A stretch of DNA of 64,000 nucleotides from contig NC_086107.1 in assembly GCF_963921235.1 (NCBI RefSeq), positions 95,544,001-95,608,000 on the forward strand. The letters run 5' to 3'. Position 1 is the stretch's first letter. Each line of letters starts with the position of its first letter. Below the pieces are notes generated by a model. The model did no database searches and was not told the DNA's origin. It saw nothing but the letters and a program-made list of their open reading frames with translations. A program made the translations under genes and the position numbers. Shown here piece by piece: positions 40,950 to 53,500 of this stretch. The stretch is from Mobula hypostoma (lineage: Eukaryota).

Positions 40950-41964
40950 CTCCAGCAACAAAGTCTCACTAATGGCTGCAATGTCATAATACTACTTGCT
41001 AATCTATGCTCTAACTCATTAACTTTACCTACAATACTCCTTGCAGTGAAATAAACTCATTAGGATATTACCCCCACCATGCTGAACCTTTTGATTCCTG
41101 TCTTTGTGTGTAGACTTAACATCTTTCCCCACAACCACTCCATTATCTCTCCTGGCACTTTGGCTCCCATCCTTCTGTCACTCCAGTTTAATTCTCTTCC
41201 CCCGCCCTCCCCCCAATGCAGTCCCACTGCAATTCAGGTGCAAACCCTCATATCTGTACAGATCTCAGCTTCCTTGAAAGAAAGCCAAAACCCTCCATCC
41301 TGCATTGTCTCCCTGTCATGTATTAAACTGTGTTATCCTCCTATTTCTGGTCTCCCTAGCATGTGGCATGGGAACCAATCCTGAGATCACAGCCCTGGAT
41401 TTCCCGTCTGTTAACCTAGCACTTAATTCCTGGAACTTACTTTCCAGGTCCTCATCAATCTATCATGTTGTGTTGACATGGACCACAACATGAGGCTGTT
41501 CACCTTTCTACTTAAGAAACCTATGGACTTGATCTGTGATGTTCTTGTCTCTGGCATCTGGGAGGCAATGTACTATCTGGGATTCCCCTAGCTGGCCGCA
41601 ATAGGTCTACGGCAGACGTGATCTCATTGGCTCTCCATGTGGCTTTGGTTCACCTGGACGATACAAATACCTATGTCAGGATGCTGTTTATTGACTACAG
41701 CTCAGCATTTAACACCATCGTACCTACAGTTCTAATGAAAAAGATGATGCTGATCATTAAGGACCTCCCATTGCCCAGGATATGCCGTTCTCTCATTGCT
41801 ACCATCAGGAAGAAGGCACAGAAGCCTGAAGACATACACTGCATGATTCATGAACAGCTTCTTCCTCTCTGCCATCTGATTTCTGAATGGCCATTGAACC
41901 GATGAGCACCACCTCACTCTTATTTCAATTTTTGTACTCTTTATTTAACTATTTTATATGTGTG

Positions 41965-42130
41965 TGTATCCAAATCAACACACTCAAATTTCTGGAGGAA
42001 CTCAGCAGACCAGGCAGCATCTGTGGAAAAGAGTAAGCAGTCGACATTTCGGGCTGAGACTCTTCATCCTGAAGAATGGTCCTGATGAAGTGTCTTGGCC
42101 TGCTGAGTTCCTCCAGCAATTTTTATGTGT
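41965..42130. mobile_element. Older Penelope fold-back mini-element
   Basis: Inverted arms ctggaggaactcagcag / ctgctgagttcctccag enclosing partial hammerhead cores (cctgatgaag). Confidence 0.65.
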
Positions 42131-42206
42131 AATTCCTTTTTTCTCTCTCTATTATGTATTGCATTGTGCTGCTGCTGCAAAGTTAACAAATTTCACAACA
42201 TATGTC

Positions 42207-42434
42207 AACAACAGGAATTCTGCAGATGCTGGAAATTCAAGCAACACATATACAAGTTGCTGGTGAACACAGCAGGCCAGGCAGCATCTCTAGCAAGAGG
42301 TGCAGTCGACGTTTCAGGCCGAGGCCCTTCGTCAGGACCATCCTGACGAAGGGTCTCGGCCTGAAACGTCGACTGCACCTCTTCCTAGAGATGCTGCCTG
42401 GCCTGCTGTGTTCACCAGCAACTTGTATGTGTGT
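42207..42434. mobile_element. Young Penelope fold-back mini-element: 37-nt tail plus 94-bp hairpin with two inverted hammerhead motifs
   Basis: Arms 42244-42337 and 42341-42434 with 3 mismatches and a 3-nt loop; TSD (t)cacaacatatgtc (42193-42206, 42434-42447). Confidence 0.92.
42304..42339 (-). ncRNA. Minimal hammerhead motif on the minus strand; a second core lies on + at 42341-42374
   Basis: Minus strand GGTC-CTGACGA-AGG(GCCTCGG)CCT-GAAAC-GTC-GACT; the plus copy has the same core but a truncated helix I 5' strand. Confidence 0.8.
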
Positions 42435-42599
42435 CACAACATATGTCGGTGATATTGATTCTGATGAATTCTCTATTATTACTGCTCACCTCTTCTCTCC
42501 CCTATCCTTCTGAGCCACAGAGCTAGACTCAGTGACAGAGAACAGGCATTGAAATAGACACAACTCAGAACATTAGTCCCACCATACACAACCTTTCAG

Positions 42600-43900
42600 T
42601 TCCTGTCTTTGTATGTAGGCTTAGCATTCACTTTCCCCCTCAAACCCCACTTCACTATCTGCCTTGGCACCTTGGTTCCCATCTCCCTGCACTTCTAAGT
42701 TAACCCCCACCCCCACAACAGCAGAAAGAGAGCTCAGTAATCAGAAAAAGATGAAACCTTCATCTTTTTAAAATCCTTAATCCTAACACTAGACATCATC
42801 TTTACCATGTGTTAAGCTGTATATTTTCCGTTTTCTAGCCTCACTAGCATGTGGCATGGGGAGCAACCCTGAGAGGTGCTGTCTTTTAACTTAGCACCTA
42901 AATCCTTGAACTCACTCTGAGGGACATTATCATCCTTCCTGCCTATGTTATTGATACTGATGTGGACCATGACCTCTGACTGTTCTGCTTCCCCCTTAAG
43001 AATATTGTGGACTTAATTGAGATGCCCCTGACCCTAACACCTGGAGGCAATATATTATCTAATAGTCTTGTTCTCATCCCCTGAGCCTCCTGTCTATTCT
43101 CCTGATTCCTGCAGTTTACCTCTGCTAGATTACCCCCGCCAACAGTATCCAAAGTGGTATACTTGTTATTAAGGGGGGAATCTACCACAAGGGTACCCCA
43201 CATTTGCTAACTTCCCCCTTTCCCTCTCCTGACGGTCACTCAATTACCCAAATCTTGGGTGTAATGATGACCCTGCATCGCTTGTCAATCAACCTCTCAG
43301 ACTTGTGAATGATCATTCATTCAGCTCCAGTTCCTTAACACAGGCTGTAAGAAGATGGATGCATTTCTTGCATGTGTAGTCATCAGAGACATTGGAGGTC
43401 TCCCTGCCTTCCCATATCCTGCAAGATGAGCATTCCTACTGCTCTAACTTTGTAATAAGAAAGAAAGAGAGACAAGGAGAGAAAAAAAAACAAAAACCTA
43501 CCTTACCCTTCGCCTCACCTTACCGAAGCCTCCTTGAGTCAAAGCCTAAGGGTCATCACTCTAACCCTGCCCACTCCAATAATGGCCCTTCCTCTTAAAC
43601 CTCACTTCTTTTTGTTAGTTCTTTCCAAGTGCTCAATTATCCTGCAACCTTAAACATGCAAAATGTCCTGGCTGGCCCACTTGCTTTTTTGAATTTCATT
43701 CCTACATTGTTCAAGGTGATGGCTCCTTGCGATCTCAAACGCGTATAGTGTGCCGACTGGCTTCACTCACTTTTTCAGATCTTGCTCCCAGAATGCACAA
43801 GGCAACAGCTCCTCATGATCTCAAGCATGCAGAAACACCTCAGCCTTTACAAAGACCTTCTAAAAATCTAAATGAACTAAAACATATTGCCACCCCGGAA
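42600..43900 (-). mobile_element. Degenerate CR1 5' region (5' UTR and ORF1)
   Basis: PLNNKYTTLDTVGG and PPGVRVR resemble PLNNRYSCLSTVGG and LPGARVR of the intact ORF1. Confidence 0.6.
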
Positions 43901-45139
43901 GCCAGCTAACTGGTGTATGAATTTCTGTCTTTTGCTTCCCTCCCTTCTTAAAAGAGTGGAATGACATTTGCAATTTTTCACTCCTCCAGAACCTTTATAG
44001 AATCCGTTTATTCTTGAGTGATCACTACTAATGCCTCCACAATATTTTCTGCTACCTCTTTCAGAACCCTGAAGTGTAGCCCATCTGGTCCAGGTGACTT
44101 ATCTACCTTCAGACTTCTCAGCTTGTTAAACACCTCCTCCTTAGTCATAGCAACTACACTCACTTCTGCCCCCTGATGCTCGAATTTCTGATATACTGAT
44201 AGTGTCTTCCAGCGTCATTTTCCACTGGTCTAATATCCATTCTTGTCTCTCTTCTTCTCTCTCTTCTCTCTATCTGTCTATCTATCTATCTATAGCTGAA
44301 AAAACTGTGGATCCTCTTTTATATTAATGGCTAGCCTACCTTCATATTTCATCTTTTCACTCTTTATGGTTTTTTTAGTTAGCTGCTGTAGGTTTTTAAA
44401 AGCCTTCCAATCCTCCTTCCTACTAAGTATGCAATATTATATGCCCTTCTTTTGCTTTTATGCTGTCATTGACTTCCCTTGTCAGTCACAGTTGCCTCAT
44501 TCTCCAGTTAGAATGCTTTGTTAGGATAAATTGATCTTGCGTTTTCTGAATTATTCCCAGAAACTCTAGGCATTGCTGTACTACCATCATCCCCGCTAGT
44601 GCTTTCCAATCAGCTTTGGCCAGCTCCTCTGTAGTTCCCATTACTCCACTTTATTACCAGAACATCTTATTTTAGTTTCTCCTTCTCAAACTGCAGGATA
44701 AATTCTGTCATATTATGATCATTGTCTCCCAAGCATTCCTTTACCTCAAGCTCACTAATCAAATCACTAATGCACAACACCCAATTGCCTTTTCCCTAGT
44801 GGACTTGACCACAAACTGTTCTAAAAGGCATCTCGTGGGCATTCTACAAATTCCTCTTCTGGGATCCAGCACCAATCTGATTTTCTCAATCTCCTTTCAT
44901 ACTAAAATCCTCCATGACCATTATAGTATTGCCCTTAATGTATAATGTATCCCTTTTTAATCTCCCATTCTAACATGCTGGCTACTGGTCAGAGGTTTGT
45001 ATATCACCACTAATCAGAATCTTTTTTATCTTTGTAGTTTTTCAACTTTACTCATTACGATTCTACATCTTCTGATCCTATGTCACTTATTTCTAAGGAT
45101 TTGATATAATTTTTTTCCAGCAGAACAACACCACCGCCT

Positions 45140-48100
45140 CTCAATGTTGAAAGCTCAAAGTAAATTTGTTATCAAAGTATGTATATGTCATCATATACTA
45201 CCTTATGATTCATCTAAGCAGTACAGTGCTAAGCAGTATTGCACCCATATTGTACTGTCTCAGTACTTTTATATTTGTGTGCTATAGCGCTTACTTTTTA
45301 TTCGCAGTTATTTTGTAAATAACACTATTCTTTGCATTTCTGGTTAGATGCTATTTGCATTTCATTGGCTTTGTATCTGTATTTGGCACAATGACAATAA
45401 AGTTGAATCTAATCTATCTAATCTTCTTGCAGGCATTTACAGATAAATAAATACAATAGAATTTATAAAAACTTATATGTAATGAAGATTAACACATCCA
45501 ATGTCCAAAAGAGGACAAATTGTGCAAATTAAAAAGTTTTTAAAAAAATTAATACTGAGAACGTGTATAGAATCCTTGAAAGTAAGTATAGGTTGTGGAG
45601 TCATTTCATATTTGAAGTGAGTGAAGTTATCCACAATGGTTCAGTAGTCTAATGGTTGTAGGGTAATACCCATTTGTGAATCTAATGGTATGGGACCCAA
45701 GGCTCCTCTACCCCCTGTTTGATAGCTGTAGCAAGAAGAGAGCGTGGCCTGGGTGATGGGTCTCCTTGATAATGGATGCTGTTTTCTTGTAGTAATCCTC
45801 CATGAAGAAGTGTTCTGTGATGGTAAGGTCTTTGCCTGTGATAGATTGGACTGTACCCACCACCTTTTGTAGATTTTTCTGTTCCGGGTCATTGGTGTTT
45901 CCATACCAAGTCGCGATGAAACCAGTAGGGATATTGTCCACCATACATCTACAGAAATTTCTCAATGTTTTATATGACATGCTGAATTTACACAAACTTT
46001 TAAGAAAGTAGGATTGAGGTCATTCCTCTTTTGTGATGGCACTTACATGCTGGTTCTAGGATAGATCCTCTTGCCTGGTAACCCCAAGAAATTTAATGCT
46101 GCTGACCCTCTGCACCCCTAATAAAGACTAGCTTGTCGATCTCTGGTTTCTTCCTCCTGTAGTCAATAATCAGCTCTTTAGTTTTGCCGACATTGAGTGA
46201 GAGGTTGTTGTCATGGCACTATTAATATCAATTTTCCTCCTATATGGTGTTTTGTCACCACCTTTGATTCAACCAATGACAGTGCTGTCATAAGCAAACT
46301 TAAATATGGCATTGAAGTTGTTCTTACCCTAAGACCATACGACATTGGAGTACAATTAGGCCTTTCAGCCCATTGAGACTGCGCTGCCATTCCATCATAA
46401 AGTGAATAGAGCAGGGGACTAAGCACACAGCTTTCTGGCGCACCTGCCTTTATGGTGTTTGTGGAGGAGCCATTATTGTCAATCCATATTGCCTGGGATC
46501 CGCAAGTGAGAAAATCGAAGATATAGTTGCAGAAGTAGGAATTGAAGCCAAGGTCTTGAAGCTTAGTGATTAGTTTTGGGGGGGGGGGACGATAGAGTTG
46601 AATGCTAAGCTGTAGTCGATGAAGATCATCCTGATATTTTGCATCTTTGATGTCCAGGTATTCCAGAGCTGAGTGAAGAGCCAATGAAATGATACCTGCT
46701 GTTGACCATAAGATATAGGAGCAGAATTAGGCCATTTGGCCAATCTAGTCTGCTCCATTTTGTCATGGCTGATCCAATTTTCCTCTCAGCCCCAATCTGC
46801 CTTCTCTCCATATCCCTTCATACCCTGACAAATCAAGAATCTATCAACCTCTGCTTTAAATATATATAAAGACTTGGCCTCCCCAGCTGCCCGTGCCAAA
46901 GAATTGCACAGTTTCACCACTCTCTGGCTAAAGTAATTCTTCCTCATCTCTAAAAGGATGCCCCTCTATTCTGAGTCCGTGTCCTCTGGTCTTAGTCTCA
47001 CCCACCATAGGAAGCATCCTCTCCACATCCACTCTATCAAGGCCTTTCACCATTTGATAAGTTTCAATAAGGGTGTCTCTCATTCTTCTGAATTCTAGTG
47101 AATATGGGCCAGGAGCCATCAAACGGTCTTCATATGACAAGCCATTCAATCCTGCAATCATTTTCATGAACCTCCTTTGAACCCTCTCCAATTTCAGCAC
47201 AATCTTTCTAAGATAAAGGGCCCAAGACTGTTCATAATACTCCAAAGTGAGGCCTCACCAGTGCTTTATAAAGTCTCAACATTACATCCTTTAATATTAT
47301 AGTCCTCTTGAAATAAATGCTAACATTGTGTTTGCTTTACACACCACAGACTCGGCCTGCAAATTAACCTTTAGGGAATACTGTGCAAGCACTCCCAAGT
47401 CCCTTCACACCTCAGCATTTTTTTGTTTTCTCTCCATTTAGAAAATAGTTAACCCTTTCATTTCTTTTACCAAAGTGCATGACCATACACATCCTGACAC
47501 TGTATTCCATCTGCCATTTCTTTGCCTATTCTCCTAATCTAAGTCTTTCTGTAGCCTCTCTAATTCCTCAAAACTACCTGCCCCTCCACCTGTCTTCCTA
47601 TTGTCTGCAGCTCTGCAACAGCCATCAATTCCATCATCCAAATCATTGGCATATAACATAAAAAGAATCTGTTCCAGCAGCACAGATCCCTGTGAAACAT
47701 CACTAGACACTGGCAACCAACCAGCAAAGGCTCCCTTTATTCCCACTCTTTGCCTCCTGTCAATCAGGTACTCCTTTATCCATGCTAGAATCATTCCTGT
47801 AGTACCATGGGTTCATAGCTTGTAAAGCAGCCTCATGTGTGGCACCTTGATAAAGGTCTTCTGAAAATCCAAGTACACAACATAAACCGATTTTCCTTTG
47901 TCTATCCTGCTTGTTATTCCTTCAAAGAATTCCAACAGATTTAATCTGCTGTGATAGTGGGCAGATTCAAGCCACTCCTCAGCTCGGAGTTGATGTGCTT
48001 CATGGCCAACCTCTCAAGACACTTCATCACAATGGATGTGAATGCAACTTGATAATAGTCATTGAGGCAGGTTACCACATTGTTTTCGGTTCTTTTTGAA

Positions 48101-48610
48101 CCCTGAACAATGCTCTCATGTTAGCCTTAGAGGTTGAAATCATCAGATCGCCGGGGGCTCTGGAGCTTTGTGAAGGAGCTTCCATGTTCTTTCAGTCAAA
48201 GTAAGCATAAAAAGCATTGAGCTCATCTGGGAGTGAAAAAATCGTTGTCTTTTATGTTGCTTGGTTTTATCTTGTAGAAGGTGATGGCATTCAAGCTCTG
48301 CCATAGCTGTCAAGCGTCCTTCTGTGATTCCAGTTTGGTCTGGAATTGCCACTGCTCATTTGAGATGGCTTGCCAGAGATCATAACTGGATCACCAGTCC
48401 TAAACGCCACCAATCTAGCCCTTAGCAAATTGCAGATTTCGTGGTACAACCGGGGTTTCTGGTTGTGGAAGGCTGAATGATTTTGTGGGTACACACTTGT
48501 CCACGAGAGTCTTTATAAAGTCTGTAACAACTATGGTATATTCATTCAGGCCCTCTGCCAAGTCCTTCAATGTGGCCCAGTCCACCGACTCGAAGCATAT
48601 AGTCACTTCT
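45140..48610 (-). mobile_element. Decayed Rex1/Babar-like LINE carrying nested inserts (CR1 at about 46705-47940; Rex1-type 3' tail at 45215-45422 on +)
   Basis: Peptides RMIFIDYSLAF, NFCRCMVD, CFESVDWA; the CR1 part gives LERVQRRF..YSLEFRRMR. Confidence 0.65.
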
Positions 48611-50594
48611 CTGCCCACCTATCTGTCCTTTTGATGCAATGGTTAACAACGTAATGGAAATCTGTAGGTTTGTAGGTAACATGACAGTTGGTAGTACTGT
48701 GGATAGAGAGGATTGTTGTCTAAGGCTATTACAGGATTCTGAGCAGATGGGAAAGTTGGACAGAACATTGACAGATGGAATTTATCCCCAACAAGTGTGG
48801 GGTGATGCATTTTGGAAAGTTAAATAGGATTGGGCATACACAGTAAAGGATAGGTTGTAAAGCAGTGTCGATGACAGAGGAACCTTGGGGGTTCATCTCC
48901 ATAGTTCGCTGAAAATAATAACACAGATCAATAGGATGTTGATAAAACAAGATCACCACTATATCCTTTCAGTGAGGTATTGAAGTCTTAAAGGGAAATT
49001 TTACTGCCTGAATAGGTTAGGAAAAGCTGCAGTTGAAGATCTTGTGATCTGCCTGGCTGCTTCACCTTGAACATTTTTTGTTGTAGTTACTGGAAGGTGT
49101 CTTTGTTCTTTTGTAAGGATCATAGCATTTGATTTGCAATTTTGGTGTCCACAGCACCTTCTACAAGTGGCATTCACCATTGGAAGTTTTACTTTATGCA
49201 CAATTTAAAAAATGACATTGTACCTTTATCTGCACTATCAGACAAAGGAATATTATCTTAAAACTGAATCCATCAAAGGTTGTCACAGTGCATGAGTTAA
49301 CATTGATTCTAGATGAGTCAAACAAATTGTGCTCTTTATGATTCCATACCCCCAAATGCAAAATGCTGGACTTCATTAGAATGGAAGAGTAGGGAGCATA
49401 TGCTCCAACTTTATAAAATATGATAGAGTTAGAAAAGATGCAGAGGAGATTCACCAGAATGTTGCTTCAGCTGGAGTGCTTCAGATATGAAAAGAGTGGA
49501 GATCCTAGGATTCTTTTCCCTGGAGTGGAAGAGGTTAAGAAGTGAAATGAGTATGATTATAAGGACTTGAGATTGGGTAATCTTTAGAAAACCTCTCCCA
49601 TATTAGAAGCAGATAAAAGCTAGAGTAGATAGATTTAAGCTAGAGTCATACTCCTTAATAAATGGGTCCTTTCAGCCCAATTTGTCCATGGCAATAATGA
49701 TGGGCACGGAACACTGGCACTGCAATGTACAGAGAATATTAGAGCCCTTTGGCCCATGATGTCTGTGCTGACCTCAATGCCACTGAACATCTGTCTGCAA
49801 ATGATCCATGTCCTTCATTACCTGTCTGTTCATATTCCTGTCTATATATTTCATAAACTTCGCTATCATATTTGCTTCCAGCACCTATCCTGGTATCACA
49901 TTCCAGGCACCTACCACCCTGTTTGTAAACAAAAAACTTTTGTTTAAACATTCCTCCTCTTAGCTTAAAGTTATGTCTTGTTGTGTTTGACATTTCCATC
50001 CTGAGACAGAGACTATCTATGCCTCTCAATTTTCTCATAACTTTACTTAAATCAGATCTCTGAAACTTGAACCAAGATAATCATAGTTTGTCTGATTATC
50101 TCCTTATAGCTAATGCTCTTTGAACCAGATGACATCCTGGTAAACTTCATCTGTACCCTCTCCAAAGTCTCCACATCCATCCTGTAATGAGTACAAGCAG
50201 AACTGCACATGATACTCCAAGTGTATTAAACCAAAATTTTATACAGCTGCAACATGACTTAGTGATGTTTACACTCAGCACCTTGACTGATGAAAGCAAG
50301 TATGCTGGGTGCTGTCTTCCACCCTATCTACTTGTGTTCATTTTCAGGGGACTATGGACTTGCACCCCAACATCCTTCTGTGCACTAGTATTCGTAAGGG
50401 TCTTGCCATTACCATATAATTTCCTTTGAAATTTGTCCTCCTAAAGCACATCACCTCACGCCTATCTAATTTTAAATCATCTGCAATTTCTCTGATCATA
50501 TTTCCAGCTGGTCAATATCTTGCTGAATCTTTTTGATGAACTTTATCACTGTCTACAACACCAATTTTTGTTTTGACTGTTAACCTACTAATAA

Positions 50595-53500
50595 TGTCAA
50601 GTCAGATTTCTTTTTCTTCTTTGAACATGTGCAGCTTCCCCACTTGAAAGAGATTGAATGTGTCTATCGGAAGTTTTTTAACTGGATTCCACTCAATGAC
50701 CAAACAACTTTTCCTTTTTCCTCCTTTTATTTTTCACAAGTGCAGCAGTTTGATAGTTCCATTAGTTCCATCAACCATTAGATATTAGTCATTAGTCATT
50801 AGGTGAAAAAACTGGCTGCCTCTCCGGACTTTGTAGACGGATTCGATCTGCACAGTCTTCGCTCCCTAATAGACCGTTATGTTTTCAAACCGAGTGACCC
50901 TTCCCGAAGGTTCCCGAGCTCTTCTTAAACCTCGCGCCATTTCCCAGAAGTGCTTGTGCGTGATGATCCCCGTGGTGTGAAGCTAACGCTAACCCAAAAC
51001 GCAGTGACAGCAGTGCTCTTTTCCATGAAACAGTCTCTCAAGTTATTTAAAGTTCAGCATCTTACCGCAGATTCCAACGCTGCACCTGGACTGCCGCTGT
51101 GATGCTGCTGGGTCCCCCCATTGTTCCAGGCAGAAGCAGCACTCAGGTAGTGGGTTCCATCCGGTCTATCAGTGGATTCTTGCTATTACTTTTAAATTTT
51201 ATTTTCTTTTGCCTCTAGGTCCCAATACTTTCTAGAAAGTCCAGTTTGACCTGACACCTCCCACTCAATCTTCCCGTGGAAACACTGGAGAGATTGCCAG
51301 CTTCAAAGGCAAACTTGGTGGTCCCAGTTCGGTGTTCTTATGATGTATTGTTGACTTGACTTTCCATCTGTTCCTCAGCAGGTAGCAAGACAACCAGCCG
51401 CCTGACGTCCCTGTGAAGGATGGTGGCTTGGATCCTGTCATTTTTCCCATCAGAGATTGGATGCCTGTTGTTACTTTGGGAGCTTATGTCACAGGAACAC
51501 TGTAGGTTGGGAAGATCCCGACGTTGACGTCCCTCAAGATGCCTTTGCTGTCTGGATTAGTATTGATAACTCTGCGCTAATACTATCCCACTTCCACCAC
51601 TCTAGGAAGTCCCGGTTGGTGCTTGAAGTACCTGACTCCTGGAGCTTGATGCCATCCTGTTTGTTTGGTGGAAGTTGCTCTGGGACTGTGCTGGTGAGCT
51701 CCTCGTACTTTACAGCAGCCGCTGTCATTGACCTTGCAAAATGTGTCTTGGACATGTAGGCCGACACAGACAGCTCCTAAAAGAGATCAGGATGTGCAGC
51801 TCCGACCGTCTTCCCCAGTGGTCCGTCCCACAGCACGAAGTCTCCAACAGCTCTGGTTCCCTGAGGCGCTAGCTCACCTTCTCTATGGCTTATGAGTAAA
51901 TTTATTTCTCTGAGTCTCACAAGTTCATCAAACGGTGTGTCTGGGAAGAATTTCTGCATTTGCTTCGGTGTCACATATTTGTGGACATTTGCAATGCTGT
52001 CTAGTCCATAACAAACCAATTGGTGTGATTTGAGAGTGCCCTTGGGAGTGTTTACTCAATTTTTAGAAGGTACCGCTTTGTCTCCACCTGAACCTTCATC
52101 CCCCCAACTCCATGGACGACGAGAGTGATTTCCTCACTTCTGAGGTTCAGTCTGCTTGCAACCTTGTGGGTTATATAATTGGTGTCTGAAGCCAAGTCAA
52201 TTAACGTCCCGATTTTTTGCCTAGCTTTAGCTGTGACCTTGAGAAGCATCATAATCACTGGCAGCTCTTGCAATCCACTTTCCACCAGAAGGCCCAGTTT
52301 ATCTTTCACAGTGCTGAAAGCTCTGGATGCAGTGTTTGAAAATACATCGCGACATTGTTTGGCCGATTCTGGCGAAAGTTTGCTGAAGAACTCCTCTTGA
52401 AGAGATCCTCTGAATATTTCTTCCTGCTTTTATCCTCCTCTGGACCAAATCTGCTCTTTTTCTGACCTGCGCTGCTTTTCTTTATTTTAGCATTGGGTCA
52501 CAGATAGTAATGATTTTCAGGAGTATGCTCATCCTTGCAGTCTTGGTTTTTACACAGATAGGCGGGATTGCAGTATGAACTGTCATCATTAACCTCGAGA
52601 CACCTCTTGCATGCCCCCAACTTTCTTACTGCAGCCTTTTTCTCTGGTAGCTTTAACGCTCGAAACTGTTTGCAAAAGTAGAGCTTCCTTTTGTGCTTTC
52701 CATCATCGCAGACTACACACCTTCCATGGTCGTTGCTTGACTTGGTAGACTTGGTTCTGGCATGTCTTGGCTCAGCCCTGGTTTCTCTTCTACTTGGCTC
52801 TTCATCCCTCAGTTGCTCGAGCTGCTCATATATGCTCTCAAGCCCTTTGAGGAATTCCAAGAGACTGTCAAACTGATTATCTGGTGCCACAGCATTTTTC
52901 CTGTCAGCGACATAGACCAGCCATTCCTTTTAGAGAGTTTCTGGAAGTTTACTTTCAATTGATTTTGTCACCAGCGGATTTTTGATAGCACCCGTGTCTC
53001 CAAGGTCACTCAAGTCTTGAAGTGCCTTCTCCACAGCTTGAATTAATTCCACTATCTTCCGTGACTGATGATTTCTGACAGCTGGCATTTTCTGTAACTC
53101 TTTCACTATTTCAATAGCAATGCACGTTTGATTTCCATAGCGGTTTTCTAGAACATGAAAGATGTTGTCTGCAGTTTTAAGTAGTGAGGCGAAGGTCTCT
53201 TCTGATTTTGTCGTCAAGACTGTCCAATAGTTGAACCTTTTTCACCTCTCTTGAACCGATCGTCTCTCCCTGCCTTTGGAGTGCTTCCCAGTCCTTTCTC
53301 CACCTGTGAAAATCACATTTGCTGCCAGTAAATTTGGGAAGGGCCGTTGGTTTCAATCTGATGGCTGGTGTGGGAAAATTGGAGGAAAAGCCCAACACCG
53401 TCGGTATTAGTCTTTCAGCATCCTCCTTTCTCCTTGCCTGTATGAAGTGGGCCTTCTTGGAAACCAACTTGGGGATGTGGGGTTCGAGCCTCTTTAGGTG

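Noticed and set aside
42202..42513. Near-identical ORFs on both strands
   Set aside because: Consequence of the 94-bp palindrome
43779..43909. Possible extra phase-1 exon after a good acceptor (tttttcAG)
   Set aside because: Runs into a stop with no GT donor and lies in what looks like a decayed CR1 5' region; an alternative terminal exon cannot be excluded without RNA data
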